64,000 nucleotides of DNA from Fimbriosthenelais zetlandica. Lineage: Eukaryota. Position numbers and translations under genes: made by a program. A model generated the notes under the pieces. The model was given only the letters and a program-made list of their open reading frames with translations. It made no database searches and was not told where the DNA came from. Shown here in pieces: positions 1 through 13,064 of this stretch. The first letter of the stretch is position 1. Each line of letters begins with the position of its first letter. The stretch spans positions 59,768,001 to 59,832,000 of the forward strand of contig OZ365109.1 of assembly GCA_977030845.1 (NCBI GenBank), read 5' to 3'.

Positions 1-1149
1 TATGTGTCATTCCAGAAAGGATATACGGTACTTCCTTGAATATAGCCTGTTCGTGACTCTTTTCGGTGAACAGCCTTTTCGTCTATCGTGAGCTTTACCT
101 ATATATGCTGTTTCCACAGTGCTGTAAGTCCTATAGCGGAAGAAAAATATACCAGTAGGCGATGTGTGCCACTGTTTTTAAGCCAGAGTAAGAGCGAGAA
201 AAAGAGTGCATTTAATCTTCACTTTTTAGGCCAATACATTAGGTTTGACAGCAAGGCCTTGTATGTCTGCCTTATCTTAAATAGATCATTTCCAAATGGG
301 AGTCATTTCTGCCAGGGTAAATGGTGCATCTATAAGTAAAAATCAATCCTTGTGTATGTGGCATAGGGTCAGGACCTAAGGTTACCAGTCATACAAGTTT
401 GCCTTATCGTCTCAGTCACAAGCGAGCCACAGCTGTTACATGGACAAGGTCAGTTCCCCAAGCGCATTGAAAAGTGTTTCAAGTAACCAACTGCAGTGTA
501 TATAAGTGCTCCCTACCCTTAATTATTCATAGCTTCTGTTTCGGTTTACCTGCATAACGTATGATGGAGCTATAGGCATAGGAAGTACCAGAGTGAGTGA
601 AGAAATATTAAGTGCTGAGCGAGGGATATTGTAGGGAAACGACTGAAGAGGGAATAGCTGCAGGCTATGAAAGGTCAATGATTGTGTTAGAGAGGGGAGC
701 AAGAAGCAGGAGAGTTTGCAAGTCTCTGGGGGCAGTGTAGTGTTTGCCAGACTGATGTCAATCTATATTGACACTGCAAAGCATGAGTGTATGGCACATG
801 AATGGCCCACATCAGCTGCGACCTCTCTATGCTTCTACCATTGCTGCTTCTTGAGCATTAGATTCGTTACCGTACACATTGCTGCCATTTCAAAATAATT
901 TGATTTCAAGCTACCGGTTGGGAAAATGTGAAGCCTTGTTCGACCGCAGCATTGAAACCCCTAGTTTCTCGGCATTTTTAGGCCGAGATTCCCACGTGAA
1001 GGCTGTATTTTCCACCCCTCTCGATGTCATTTTGAAGGGGACTGGGCCCGGGCTACCCATTGAGAATTATGCAACACCGTTTTCACTCCTACACCCAGGA
1101 TTTACTATTTCTGCATGATTATGATCATCAGACAGATTGGCAACATCTC

Positions 1150-2030
1150 CTAGTGCACAGATATTGATTTTGATGCTGGGATATCGAACGATGTGAAAGT
1201 AGGTCTGAAGGGATGGTGTGCTAAGAATGTCAAGTTCAAAGCTAACCTCTGAGAAAACCCACTGTCTTTTCCCAGCCCCAGATGAGAGACATATTTTAGC
1301 AAATCATCTATGACAGCCATTGCCGTGGACGTGCTTTTAATAGCTGCTCCCGCTGTGTCTGTTGATGCTCTGGCAACATTCTTGTGTGATCGCTCTATTT
1401 TATAGAACATCTGGTATCGATGGCGACTATCACAATACATTCAACCATCATGAGCTTCATTGCTCAGCTAATGGTAATGGATGATGCCCCATTGATGTAC
1501 CTATATCTACAGAGATAGAAATAGTTGAGTAGGAACATATGATATATCCATAATACAGTCACATGTTCCTTACTTTATAAGCCGGGAGATGAATAGAAAG
1601 GCATCCGATATCACTCAGATTATCATTAAATGTTGATAACACATCCTGTATATCCTTTATTAAGCATAGTCAGCTAATATATTCGTATTAAAATGATCAA
1701 AAAGTCCCATACAGAAGCGCTGGGGGTTAATTACATTTTAAGTCTAGTACAGTATCTAGACTCCCGGCGAACGTTCATATACCCATTCGGTACGCTGTTC
1801 TGTACCTTGGCATCTGAGCCAAAGCCTGTTGGTGAAACGCTGCCAAATGAAGGAGAATGAGCAGCTTGGAGCCCCTTAGGCTGGCTGTGCATGCATCTAT
1901 TTAGCTCATAAATGAAGTACCTTAAATGGTACAGAGCAGGGTGCAACTCAACAGCTAGATGTATATGCTCGGTTGACATGCAATGCTTGTCAATATTTAT
2001 ACCAGGGCGCTGGACCTTCAGTGAATCCAA
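1150..2030 (-). mobile_element. Decayed Gypsy/Ty3-like reverse transcriptase relic
   Basis: Minus-strand fragments EHIHLAVELHPALYHLRY...SPSFGSVSP (1731-2030) and AVIDDLLKY (1150-1440) resemble, in the expected order, the Gypsy pre-RT linker/SPWASP motif and the YxDD motif. Interrupted by stops and frameshifts. Boundaries approximate. Confidence 0.35.
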
Positions 2031-3743
2031 GCCTTTGCATATAAGCCGTCCGCTGGCAAGCTACCCCCAGCAACAATAGATTTATATTCATTTGACGACA
2101 GTAGCTTGTTCCGACCAGAAGGGTCTGTTGCACGCATGTTGCCTTTGTCACAGGCCGATCTAACTTGGCTGCAAATTTTGATGGATGATGATCGTCTTTT
2201 TATCAACTATTGGCTTACTGTGGTTAAAGGTTTTTGCTGCTATCTCTTGGACCTATCAATCAAACTTGTATTTAAGATAACAAACTCTAGTGCCAGCAAA
2301 TGACTTTTCAGCATAGATTATTTCCCCCGTCGAACATTCCCCTTCCGAAGCCATGGACCAGCACACCTGCAATGTGGGTCAGAATGGAAGTGTAATGAAA
2401 TCCAACTCTCTTCAATGAAATTTATTTTTGAAGAGGAGAATTCGCGACAGATTTCAATGCGTCAGATTGGATTCTTTGTTCTCGCGTTCAATAATGTGAT
2501 GTGAAAATTCAATTTCAGACCGATTCACTGTGACCGAAAGAAGCCAAATACCATTAAGCTCATTTGCCATGGGGTATAAACAATAATGACTTAAAGATCC
2601 CATGAAGTTTTCTACATTTAGAGGGGACTCTGTACTGTACCAGCCCCGTGAAGAATAATATTCAAAGATGCTGACATTGTTGTTGTTTTTTTATTCTGCA
2701 GCAAGGAATCCATATTAGTAGTCGGAGACATTCCCTAAGCTTGGTTGCAAAATCAAATACAATTACCATCAAACAATTACAATCAAACCAACTATGGAAA
2801 TGCTATGGATCGCTCGTTATGCTGTGTCTATAGGCCTAAGTCAGGCATTGTGCTTGACCAAACACTAGATGATGTTCCCCTACCCCCACTGTTAATCGTT
2901 GATTCAGGCATAAACCTCTGACAAGTTGTCCTGCTGTTTATATCCCGCCAGTCTCATTGAATATCTGTCAGCTATCGAATTGATCAAAACATTTGATGGG
3001 CTGTAAGCAGAATGAATGAGTGGAGTGCATGCTTGCTGTAGTAGGCACTATATAGGCAGCTTCTGAGAGGAATGGATGTTATTTTCATCCCTTCCACAAC
3101 TATAGACAGCGTAAATTTCTCATTTGCACTGTCTCCTCGAATATGGTTCATTTAGGCTGTCCCTTCTGATATTTCTCCATTGATAATAGATCTTAAAAAA
3201 TAGGCCCTGAAATTGATATCTTCTCGCATGAAAGGTCATTATATTTGATATCATATTACAAAATAGCAGTCTGTACCGATTGCCTGTCTCGGCCTATTAA
3301 CGCACGTAATAAAACTGTCAGACGATATCTTGTTTTACGAGGGAAATACTGGAATGTCCTTTTAAGCAGCTTTAAACCCCCCCACCCCAAGAATTGTGAA
3401 GTTCAGACCTGTTCTAATATAGCCCACCGGAATATCACCATAGTTTCATCACCTTTTACTCCAAATTAAGGTGATTTGGTAGGAGTCTGGTGTTGCTGCT
3501 GATGGTGGCTGTAATATGGCATAATCCAACAAACAGTTTTGTAATGGCAAACTTAGAGAGATTCTACCCCACGGCAAAGAAGTGGCAACAGAGTATTAGG
3601 TCTCATATAGCAAGCCTGCCTGACTGCACTAATCATATACATGTATATACCCGCTGTAAGAACAAGAACATCAGGGGCATATTTCAAAAGAAAAATTAGC
3701 AATGCTAAGTCTATGCCTAATTTTTGTTTTGAATTGGGCTCCT

Positions 3744-3811
3744 GGAGCCAGTTTCTAAAGGAATATTAACCATAGACTTAGAATGGTAATATTCCTTCTG
3801 AAACTGGTCCC
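3744..3811. mobile_element. Short hairpin / MITE-like element
   Basis: Imperfect inverted repeat: ccagtttctaaaggaatattaacca (from 3748) vs tggtaatattccttctgaaactgg (3784-3807), with a short loop. Confidence 0.55.
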
Positions 3812-5299
3812 TCATTCCATTCTGAGATTGACACCATGCAGTGTAGATATAACCCCTAGTGTGTCACGTCGCCCTTGCCACTTCTACTTCATAAAATATC
3901 ATCTTAAATAAAAACTTTATAACCTCTATGCCAAAACTGATTTTAGATAATTTAATTATAGTGTACATGCGCTGCACGTAGCAGGCCGTCGTGATGTAGG
4001 GCCAATATAGATCTACGTGATATCTGAGATTTTCGTATTTCTTAGCACTTTTTTGTTATTTATTCTCTAGGTTAATATATGACGTTGCATAATAATTTAT
4101 ATTGTGAAAATCATTTAATTTCTAAGTACAGATAGATATTACATCTAACCATTAATGGAATTACTGTATCAGATGCAATATAATCCCTATATCTATTTAT
4201 TATCCCTCCTCCTGCAATGTACTGTTCAAATGACATTTTGGGACCACTAATGAAATGAAACCAAATATATCTCAAAGGGGAAATTGAAATCAGCCTGACA
4301 TATTTTCCAGCCTACTCTTCTCACATTGTCATTATTGATATCAATATATCAAATACTCTCTATCTGTATCAAATACTCTTTGATTTAAGCAGTGAGCACG
4401 GTCGGTTGAGAGCTTTGGGAGGGAAATTCTTATCCAGCTCCCCGAATCGTCAGATTGAGAAGCACTTCTTCTATGGACCCAATCTCATCCATTTGAAGAA
4501 CACCAGTCTCCTATCGAATAGCAACAATAGCGGAAACATGCACTGTGATCAATGGTCTTTACTAAATCCAGGCATAGCCATCGCCTCGGATAATTTTGAT
4601 TGCATTAGCAAATTGCTTTCACTCGGCGACTCCTTGACAGGAAAAAGGCTACAGCCCAATACTGAATATAATGGCATAACGTCGCCTAGTAATTGCTCGT
4701 TATCCTGCCACTGTTGAGGTGACCGGTTTTTACCATTAAATATTAAAGGCTTCAGATATCACGCAGGGTGTTTTCTTACATTTCAGCCAGTGTTATTCAA
4801 TTATCCCTCACGTTCTCTAATATTATGGCCCGCTGTATTGGAATGGCACAAAAAATAGCCATATGAAAACTGATAGGTTTTTTATCATAAAAAATACAAG
4901 GTAATCAAGCAATATAGTAGGATTGTGTTTATTTAGCCAGAGGGATGGAAGTTGTTCGTCAAGGCATGCAATGATCATTTTTACAGCTTTTTATGTAACT
5001 CGGTGGATAGTAGTCTGAGATTGTTTCAAATCATTTGCATGTGGAATTTCCCCCAGGCATTTGAAACGGTTTTGGCATTTGTGTAGGATTTCAGTGCAAA
5101 TATTGTCAGATGACAAAAGTGTCAACCTTGTGTAATGAATGCCAATTCCTGAGCAAGGTATCATAATATATACGATTTCAGAGAGTAATCCTCTTATGAT
5201 ATGAAAGTTTTGCTTCCTTTGACATTATAGAAATGGTCTCAAAGTACTTATGGTTCTTTTTCTACAAGTCAGAACACATTTCTATATAATCACCTCCCT

Positions 5300-7700
5300 G
5301 CTTCCCATCAAAATTAATCAATATTACGAAGTTAGGTCAAACTTCTAAAGACTATAATTATAGGTTGTGCATGTGTTCTGTTATGTGTACAACAGAAAAT
5401 CCTCTATACCAAATAAAGTTTTCGGACTTCTCATATTACTGGACTGTATACATAATATACAGGGCTTATACACATTCAGGCCCCAATGCACTGGGTCTTC
5501 ATGATTTGAGACTTTATTCAATATGCCCCAGCATATATAGCATTGGACCTCCAAGCTACAGACTCGGTCATTGCTATGCATGAAGCATCATGACATCCAT
5601 GCCTCACTTCCTCTCATCCATTCCCTCTAAACACGTCCGTCAGGACGGCTCTCCTGTAAAGCTAGATGTATTCTGACAGTGCCATCAGAACCTTTCCATT
5701 TCCATCATCATTTGGTCATTTGTATTCCCAGCTACATTATGCTTTACTCCTACTCCATTCACAGCCTCACTGATCTCAGAGATGTGATCTAGCAGCACTA
5801 GAATACCCCCGTGGATCTATTGACAAGCATCAGTTCTATTTCCACTTTTATTTTTATTATGTTCTCTAGGCTAACACAACACTCACAACTACAGGCGATT
5901 TTATTGATCAATGCATGCACGGCTTCCAATTGTATTATAATTCAGACATCATTAAACCTTGCTTCATTGAGCTTTAATGAGGTTTTCTTGTTTAGATAAA
6001 CAGCATGATGTCACTAAATTTTCAAGGATGAAAAAAGTCTAGTCATACAAAACCCTCCAATATTGATTAACTGATTGCATTTTTCATTAATCATTTATTT
6101 GCTCATGGTACACCTGTTCACCTTTCTCTCCATAGCAATGCAGATGCAACTATTTTGTTTTGCATAAATCTTGTTTGCCAAAATCCTACATTATAAAACA
6201 TGTTTGTTTTAACTGTTTTATAAACAAAAAAAAACATTTGTTAGACAGCTTGCCTGATTGGACTCTTTACCTCTGGCTCATTCCCATCCTGGGGATAATA
6301 ACCCCTTATCGACTAGCACAACGAGAATGTACACAAGCAAATTACAAAGCTAGATTGACAAGCACTCAACTTCTCCTTTCTAATGGGACTCTGATCAAAG
6401 CTTTACATTGCTCGTGTATATAAATTGATTCACTCATGGTCTAACCCGTCCATCCCAATTGCTCCCAATGAAACAGGCAAGTTTCACCCCCAAAGTAAAC
6501 ATGATTTATTATGGGTCCTCTTTTGCCCAACAACTAAGCAGTGCCCAGGGATACATTTTAGTAGGCAGGATGCATCAGATTGAACGTGACAGATGTATGT
6601 GGGGCTACAAGTGGGAGCAGATGCAAAGCCACACTGTCACTTTCAGGCAAGCTTCTACCCGTGGCCCGAATCTTTATTGAAATATATTACGTGTCTTTTG
6701 GCCCGCTTGACATTCACATCGTAGCTTGCAGCACGGTCGCATCCTAGAAAATGTCAGTTTCAAAGTACTGCCAAAGGGCTTGGTGCTCTATACCTTGAGG
6801 TAGACATCTCCCTGAAGCTTGGAGCACATATATGAGGCAGCCCATGTATGCTCCACACCCAGCTTCTTCTATGGTATACTCACCTCTGGGTCACCTCCAC
6901 TCACCACGGGCTGGGGGTTATTTTCTATAATGGCCTTCCGCCCTTTTACAGCTGCCCCGATCGGTGGAGCCAAGCTGTGGAATCTGTATTCTCGAAGGCC
7001 AGTGGTCACAAGATATCATTGGACAGCTTGGCAGCATAGAGTTGAGCAAGTGAATCGATGTGCAATTTGTGTCCATGATTGCTCTAACGTGTACAGTGTA
7101 CCGCCGTCCCTATCATGGCTTCGCAAAGCCTGCCTTGTCTCCTTTTCTGATGAAGAGATTACTGGACCAAGATGGAATGCTGAATCCTGATTGTTTGAAG
7201 GAGTCGTCTCCAGGGATTTTAAGCATAGTCCTCCCATATAACGCTCCTTCGTGTTTATCCATAGAGATCTGATCTCTGAGGAGGAACCCGAGACGGGCTT
7301 TGGGGAAGGCATTCCTTTGCACGGTCTGTTTGTGAGGCTTCTTATCAAGATGCCGGGATAATCATAGAGAATGTGAGGATTAAACACTGATTGTACTCCA
7401 ATCGCTCATCCTCTTTCTCGGGGTTTCCAGGATCTGGGAGAAGAGGTGGGGGATCTCCTCCATTGTATCTCCTTCTGTGAGGTTTTCAATTGGCTGCGGA
7501 AAAGACCTGGCATCGGGGACGCAACAGCGTTTTCTACTCCTTTCCTTTTCTTCCGGTTTTCAATACATTCCGAATATCCCGCGTTTTTATTCTTCTATAT
7601 CGTCATTACTTCTCTATGAGACATGCAGTAGATTCTCTGACTCTCCCTTTTCCCTTATAATCCCTTGATTCACTTACAATCTCTTCCTAATGTACTTCTC
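5300..7700 (-). mobile_element. Heavily decayed CR1/L2-like LINE relic (ORF1 end and endonuclease region)
   Basis: Minus-strand RSLWINTKERYMGGLCLKS (ORF 7016-7387) resembles the APE-endonuclease motif ESLWIxI...IGxCYRxP. A charged ORF1-like segment lies upstream. Very degenerate; limits uncertain. Confidence 0.3.
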
Positions 7701-7769
7701 TAAATACAACTATGTCAATATCCGTATTCTGTCAGTACTCCCCCTCAGCAGTTGCTCACACATGCTCCT

Positions 7770-7960
7770 TGCTACCTCCCTCCTGCATCTCTTGTTCCCC
7801 CACAACCTCCTCCTCCTCCTCCTCTTCCTCCTCTTTTCTACTCCCTTTTATTCTTCAGAATCCCTCTCCCCCTTGCACTTTTTCCCTGCTCTCCTAAATC
7901 TCTTTTCCCACTCTCCTTCCGATCCCCTCCTATTCCCGTACCACCCTGCCTATATGGCAC
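7770..7960. repeat. Pyrimidine-rich low-complexity tract with (CCT)n core
   Basis: cctcctcctcctcctcctcttcctcctc at 7806-7833 within C/T-rich flanks. This explains the poly-Ser/Pro/Leu ORFs in the track. Confidence 0.8.
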
Positions 7961-8999
7961 CTACCCCAGACACACTCAGCCTGACTGCCACTCGGCAGTG
8001 AGGTGTGAAGAGGACACAAGCTTGAAAAGGTTTGACTCATCTCACAAATGGTCTGATTGGTGAAGGGCAACCTCTGTGAAAGGCCAGGACCCTGTCCTTA
8101 TGAGTTAATGCCTCTGAGTTCAAAGCAGCAGCTTCTGAAATTTGATCTTATTAAGCTCTTCTTTTTTTATCAGCACTTCTTTCCTAAACGTTCGTGATTT
8201 CCTGAGCACTTTCGTGTGTAATGCAAAATATCAACTAAGGCATATTTATAAATCATTAAATAGCTTTCGCTGATGAGTCTTTTATTGACTTAATTTGACC
8301 TGACTATTATTGATTTCCATAATTATGACTTTCAGTGTGACTAGGCTGAATCAAATGACCCAAATCAGTTAAATTGGCATTTTGCCATGGGACAAAGATA
8401 TCTAATTTACTCCATTGTCGTTGCCTCTTTGATTGCATGATTCTAGGTGAAATGCTACTTGTATTACATCTTTACAATTACAATTCATTCAGCCGGCGAT
8501 TCAAATGGCGAGTTGCCATGGCAGCTAAAACGATCCCCCATACGAAATTAATCCAATCAAATACAGTCAATAACATAAACGGTTTTCGTGGTCAGAATTT
8601 TTAATCAAGACACCTGAACTAATTATTTGTTATAATCACGCTACAAGTCCAAAAAATGGTCCAATTTAAAAGCAGGAAATGTCTGGTTTCAAAGCACCAT
8701 TTATGGCTATTTTCCTAATTCAACCAGGATCAAAGCCCCTATTGCGGCAAAGAGTTATTACACATTTCCGTGAGACTGCTGAGTTGTGGCATTTAAATGT
8801 GGAACCTTATATTCGAGGTTCTACATTTAATTTGGCCCATCTATATAGTAAAGGGCAATACTGCAGTGGCCTTGTGGTGGTTCTGAGAATACAGGAGCCC
8901 TACTATATTCAATGGCTCTACCTCATTATGAGAAATGGCTCCAGCCTTGCTTGGGGAGTATGTGATAGAGTGAATGGACTAGTCTAGTCTAGCCTCTAT

Positions 9000-11400
9000 A
9001 CATCAGTTATTACATTGTGCATTATAGGATTCCCCGTCCTTTGAAGCCCGCCAAATCTGTAGGGCTTGCCGTAGACAACCCACCCACTGGTCGGCCAGCA
9101 CAAGGAGCCTATTATTTGTCCATCTTGTCCACCTCGAGGACCAAATGTTAATGTCAGAACTGTCTAGCCTGGTTCGTGATCTCACCTCCAGATTGATACA
9201 TTTGGAAGTAGGGTTTCATGTCATAGGGCGTCTGGCTGACCAGCACCATGCTGTAGTCGTTTGCAACGCAACGCTTCGTCCTATAGGCCCTTTTTTCTCC
9301 CTCCCTATTCCCTCTCCCCTGCCCCTTCACTGGACAGGGGCGTGTTTTGTGTGAAGGGTTGGGAGGAAAGTGAGTTCCCATGTACATGGATCCCAAATGG
9401 CTGTTGATGGTATGAGGGGCACCCTTAAAGGCTATGTATGTAACCCCCACTGAGAACCCCTAGAGATTCAAAACATGAAGGACATAATACCTACTGCAAG
9501 CCCTTATGGAAATGTCCCCAGCAATGATGGTTCCCATACATATGTACAATACCCAACCTTGCCAACATATATATAAAGTACAACCCTTAGATGTAGAGTA
9601 CCTGTGGAGAGATACGGGTTAATGCACTCCATTGCAACCCTACACACTTCCTCACTCTCTGAAAAAGACACAGTTACAGAGCCAGACGGAAATCAATGAA
9701 AAAGGGAAGCATATGGATCATTTTTCCGCTGACTGTTTCATTCCAGGCCCAACTTAAAGGGATCAATATAAGTAAACGGGTGCCTCACTAGGAGCTCTGT
9801 TGCTCGTATCCCCAAGTTCAGGATCGATCAGAAATTGTCGAATCGCATGTAAGATCCATTACACGTCAATAGTTATGGCACATTTTATTGCTAGTTTCTG
9901 AAACAGGAGCGGACCTTAAGGAGCCATTGCTAACTATGGAACTAGAGCATCAAGTTATGTTTGTGCCTTTAAAACAAGCCACACTTGATTATCAAACGGG
10001 TGCTGCTGCTATTGAGGCAAGCGGGCTTCGGCACTGATCCCCACTGTAGGGGAGATAATGTTTCAGACCTACTTAGGCTCTTTTTTGTCTCTCTCAAAAC
10101 TTGAGTCTGAGCTATCACTTGTTCTTGGAGATTAAACGATTTGCCCATCACAGCCTTGCCGTGAAAATAAAGGGTACTGTTCAAAGCTCGATGACTGTGA
10201 ATAGATATGAATCGATAAATCTCCTCAGTATTCCTGAAAATTCCTAATGGACCGCCTTGATCCTGATTTAGCATAATTCCAATTATAAAAGCTGGAGAAA
10301 GAAAATTGCAGGTACCATGCACTTGTGAAATGGTGGAATTTAATACATTTTCATTATACTGTAATCCGTTTTCATTAGTTTAATGTATACTTTGCTCATT
10401 TCCATGTTGAAATTCAATACTTTCATCAGGGTGGGATTAGGGTTTAAATATGGGAATAGGCTTACTCTCAACTACCGACACAAAGACGTAATATGTTTCT
10501 GGGGCTGAGGCATGAGCAAAACAATCCTCTTGCATCCAGTAATCAGTGTGTTCTAAACATGGTGTACATCTATTATTCAGCAGCCATTGGAGATGTAGAG
10601 GAATGGCATTTAATCATAGCCACCCTTGCTCAGGGTCAGTGATCAGAGACTATAGCTGGTGGGAAGTCATTCAGTCTACGTCCCCCGTCCTTTCCCACAC
10701 TTGGTCATGGGAATATTTCCACAATCGCTACCATTTCCCACCAGCCAGCCGTCTTGGAGGCTCTAAAAGAGGTAACTTGTTCGCCAATTCACAAGTGTAC
10801 TGTCTATAGATCTTTTTTAAAGGCATGTCCCACTTTTGCCAAAACAGTGGCAGTCTAAGTGAATTTGGAACTCGCATGAGAAATGCAATTTCATTGATCC
10901 ATCGTGCTGTATGCATAATGAATGGCTGGCTTGCTCTCCGAGGAGTATGCCTCTTAATGTGGCTTATGTATGCAAACTTGTGTATTTGCAAATCACTACC
11001 AGGATTTTGTTGAGTGACATAGCGTCTTATCAACTCAGCTATGGGGTATAAGTAGGGGCTAGCCTTGAACATGAATGATGGAACGATTTCATCCAGGGCT
11101 ATATTCTGCCGCTATTACACCCAGGCCGAATATAAACAATATTTATGATGGATTATTATTCCAGTGAACGTCCATTCTCGTCTATATCATATTCAACAAT
11201 ATTCCACCTATTGCCATTGGTGGCTTCCTCCCTCTATACTTAGTGTATCCGTAGGGCTTTTTGAATTGATTTCCTCCTCGCCTTTTCCAGTGGCTTCCCC
11301 TTCAGCCATTTTTAAGCATCATAACTGGGTTCGTTATTTAAAACCTGATGTAAGGGGCATCCATCTTGAGGCATAGACTCATACAGTTGCTCTGTCATCG
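9000..11400 (-). mobile_element. Possible decayed LTR-retrotransposon pol relic (Gypsy-like)
   Basis: Minus-strand fragments PVMMLK, RQNIALDE, FISIHSHRAL and LQE...SLSR appear in RT then RNase H order (cf. PIVLVKK, YWQIxLDE, FxxxTDHxAL, LQE...ADALSR). Each match is weak on its own. Confidence 0.25.
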
Positions 11401-12479
11401 AGTGGACCATTTGAGAGGCCGTTGACTGTCATGACAGGGCTGTGTTTTCCTCATTATCATGAGTGAACCAGCCCATTATCTGTCTACCTTGACTGATTCC
11501 TCTGTTAGATCAGGAGTTAATTAGACAGTCCACTCTTGGTTGGGGAAGTTGGCTTTGCTAAAAGGCTGTGAACACGAGTCCATTGTTATTGGACTCTGGC
11601 CCTGTCTTTGGCATGCCACACATGTGGCCATCCATGGACGTGAAGGGCTCATTTCTAGGGATCATCTGTAGGTGCCTGCTCCAGATGTTTCATCTTATTA
11701 GGCATAGCTCATAAATCATGTTTGGGTCATTATAATGAAGCTGCCATGGCAGAGAGGGCATTACACAGCAATTGCTCCTGAATGGCGTTCTGACAGAGAA
11801 GCCCAATGGTGACCTCATTGCTTTAGAATCTAAGGTCAGACTCGCCAAAGCCTATATAAATGGCTTAATACTTGTCAAATAGGTACTATAGTTGCGGACA
11901 TATTCAAGGCAGACTAGAAGGATACTGTGTACACTTTATGAGTCTGGCCATAATACATCCTTGTGTGACTATGGGATTGAGCCTTAGAGCTGTTCTGGCA
12001 GTTGTTAGATTGCTAAACCATCAGTTCCATGCTTGCACAAGCTGTGTACAGTGGACCTCATATCTCTGTAGCTCCCCCCTGCTTTTTACACAATCCACCC
12101 TGCACTATTATAGAAGCCCAATACAATCCAGACTCAGAAATGATAGAGGTCTAGATCTGATTGGGCTGACCTCAGAGGTGCTAAATGGATTCAGGGCAAG
12201 GACTGGTGCTGGGCTGATGGAAAGCTTTCCATCCAACCCAGGGCTTGAACCATTGTGTTGCCGTGGCTTGGCTTATGGCTCTTAGAGTCCTTACCAGGAC
12301 AAAGGCTGATAAGGCCCAGACCAGGCCGGGAATCAATGGTGGCTGAGGAAAGCATGGAGGACAGGTCTGTGTGCCGATATTATCACCCTCCCTCATGATA
12401 TATCAATCTGCGACCTGTGGCCTGCAAACATCACTTGTCGGAAGCCCACACCTGTGGAATGTATCCGGTATGGTTATGG

Positions 12480-13064
12480 CCAGGGTTCACAAACTAAAAC
12501 TTTACCATCAATAACAAGATGCTAACCTTATTCTTGAAATTCTAGCTGAGACTTTACCGTAAGCAAATGCTTCAAAATTCAACAGATATCATCATATATT
12601 CATCAACTTTTACCATTTAGCTGGAACTGCAGAGGTTTAATTAGGAATTTACTAGTGGGTTGTTGCTTAGGTGGGCTTCATATGCGAAGCATCCCTTTAA
12701 AAGATCATATTTCCTAATGAATGAATATTTGTATAATTAATTATATTTATTTAACTCTGCTCAGATAATCCTATATGTAAATATGTACATATCTTCGTCC
12801 CTGTATATATATCCCCTATTTTATACGACAGCTCTAAATTTGAAGTTTAGTATATTGTTTAAATCATCTATTCTATGTAATTACTTAATCTTTTACTTTA
12901 TTCTTTTTCCATCATTTTGATACCAGGCTATTTGTAAATTTGGCTATTTAAAAGCAGGAAGGTCCTGGAAGACCGGGCTAGCTCCCGAAGGGCCTTGTTA
13001 TAATCTCACAGTGATTATACCTCCTGGATAAATTAGATAAATAAAAAAAAAAAAAAAAAAAAAA
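12480..13064 (+). mobile_element. 3' end of a 5'-truncated L2/CR1-like LINE with poly(A) tail
   Basis: AT-rich UTR-like stretch, then a GC-rich tail segment (ggtcctggaagaccgggctagctcccgaagggcc), then cctggataaattagataaat, AATAAA (13040-13045) and a run of 22 A (13043-13064). No target-site duplication identified. Confidence 0.5.

Noticed and set aside
4406-4717. Minus-strand PFSCQGVAE*KQFANAI as an hAT transposase fragment
   Set aside because: One short, weak resemblance with no supporting neighbouring motifs.
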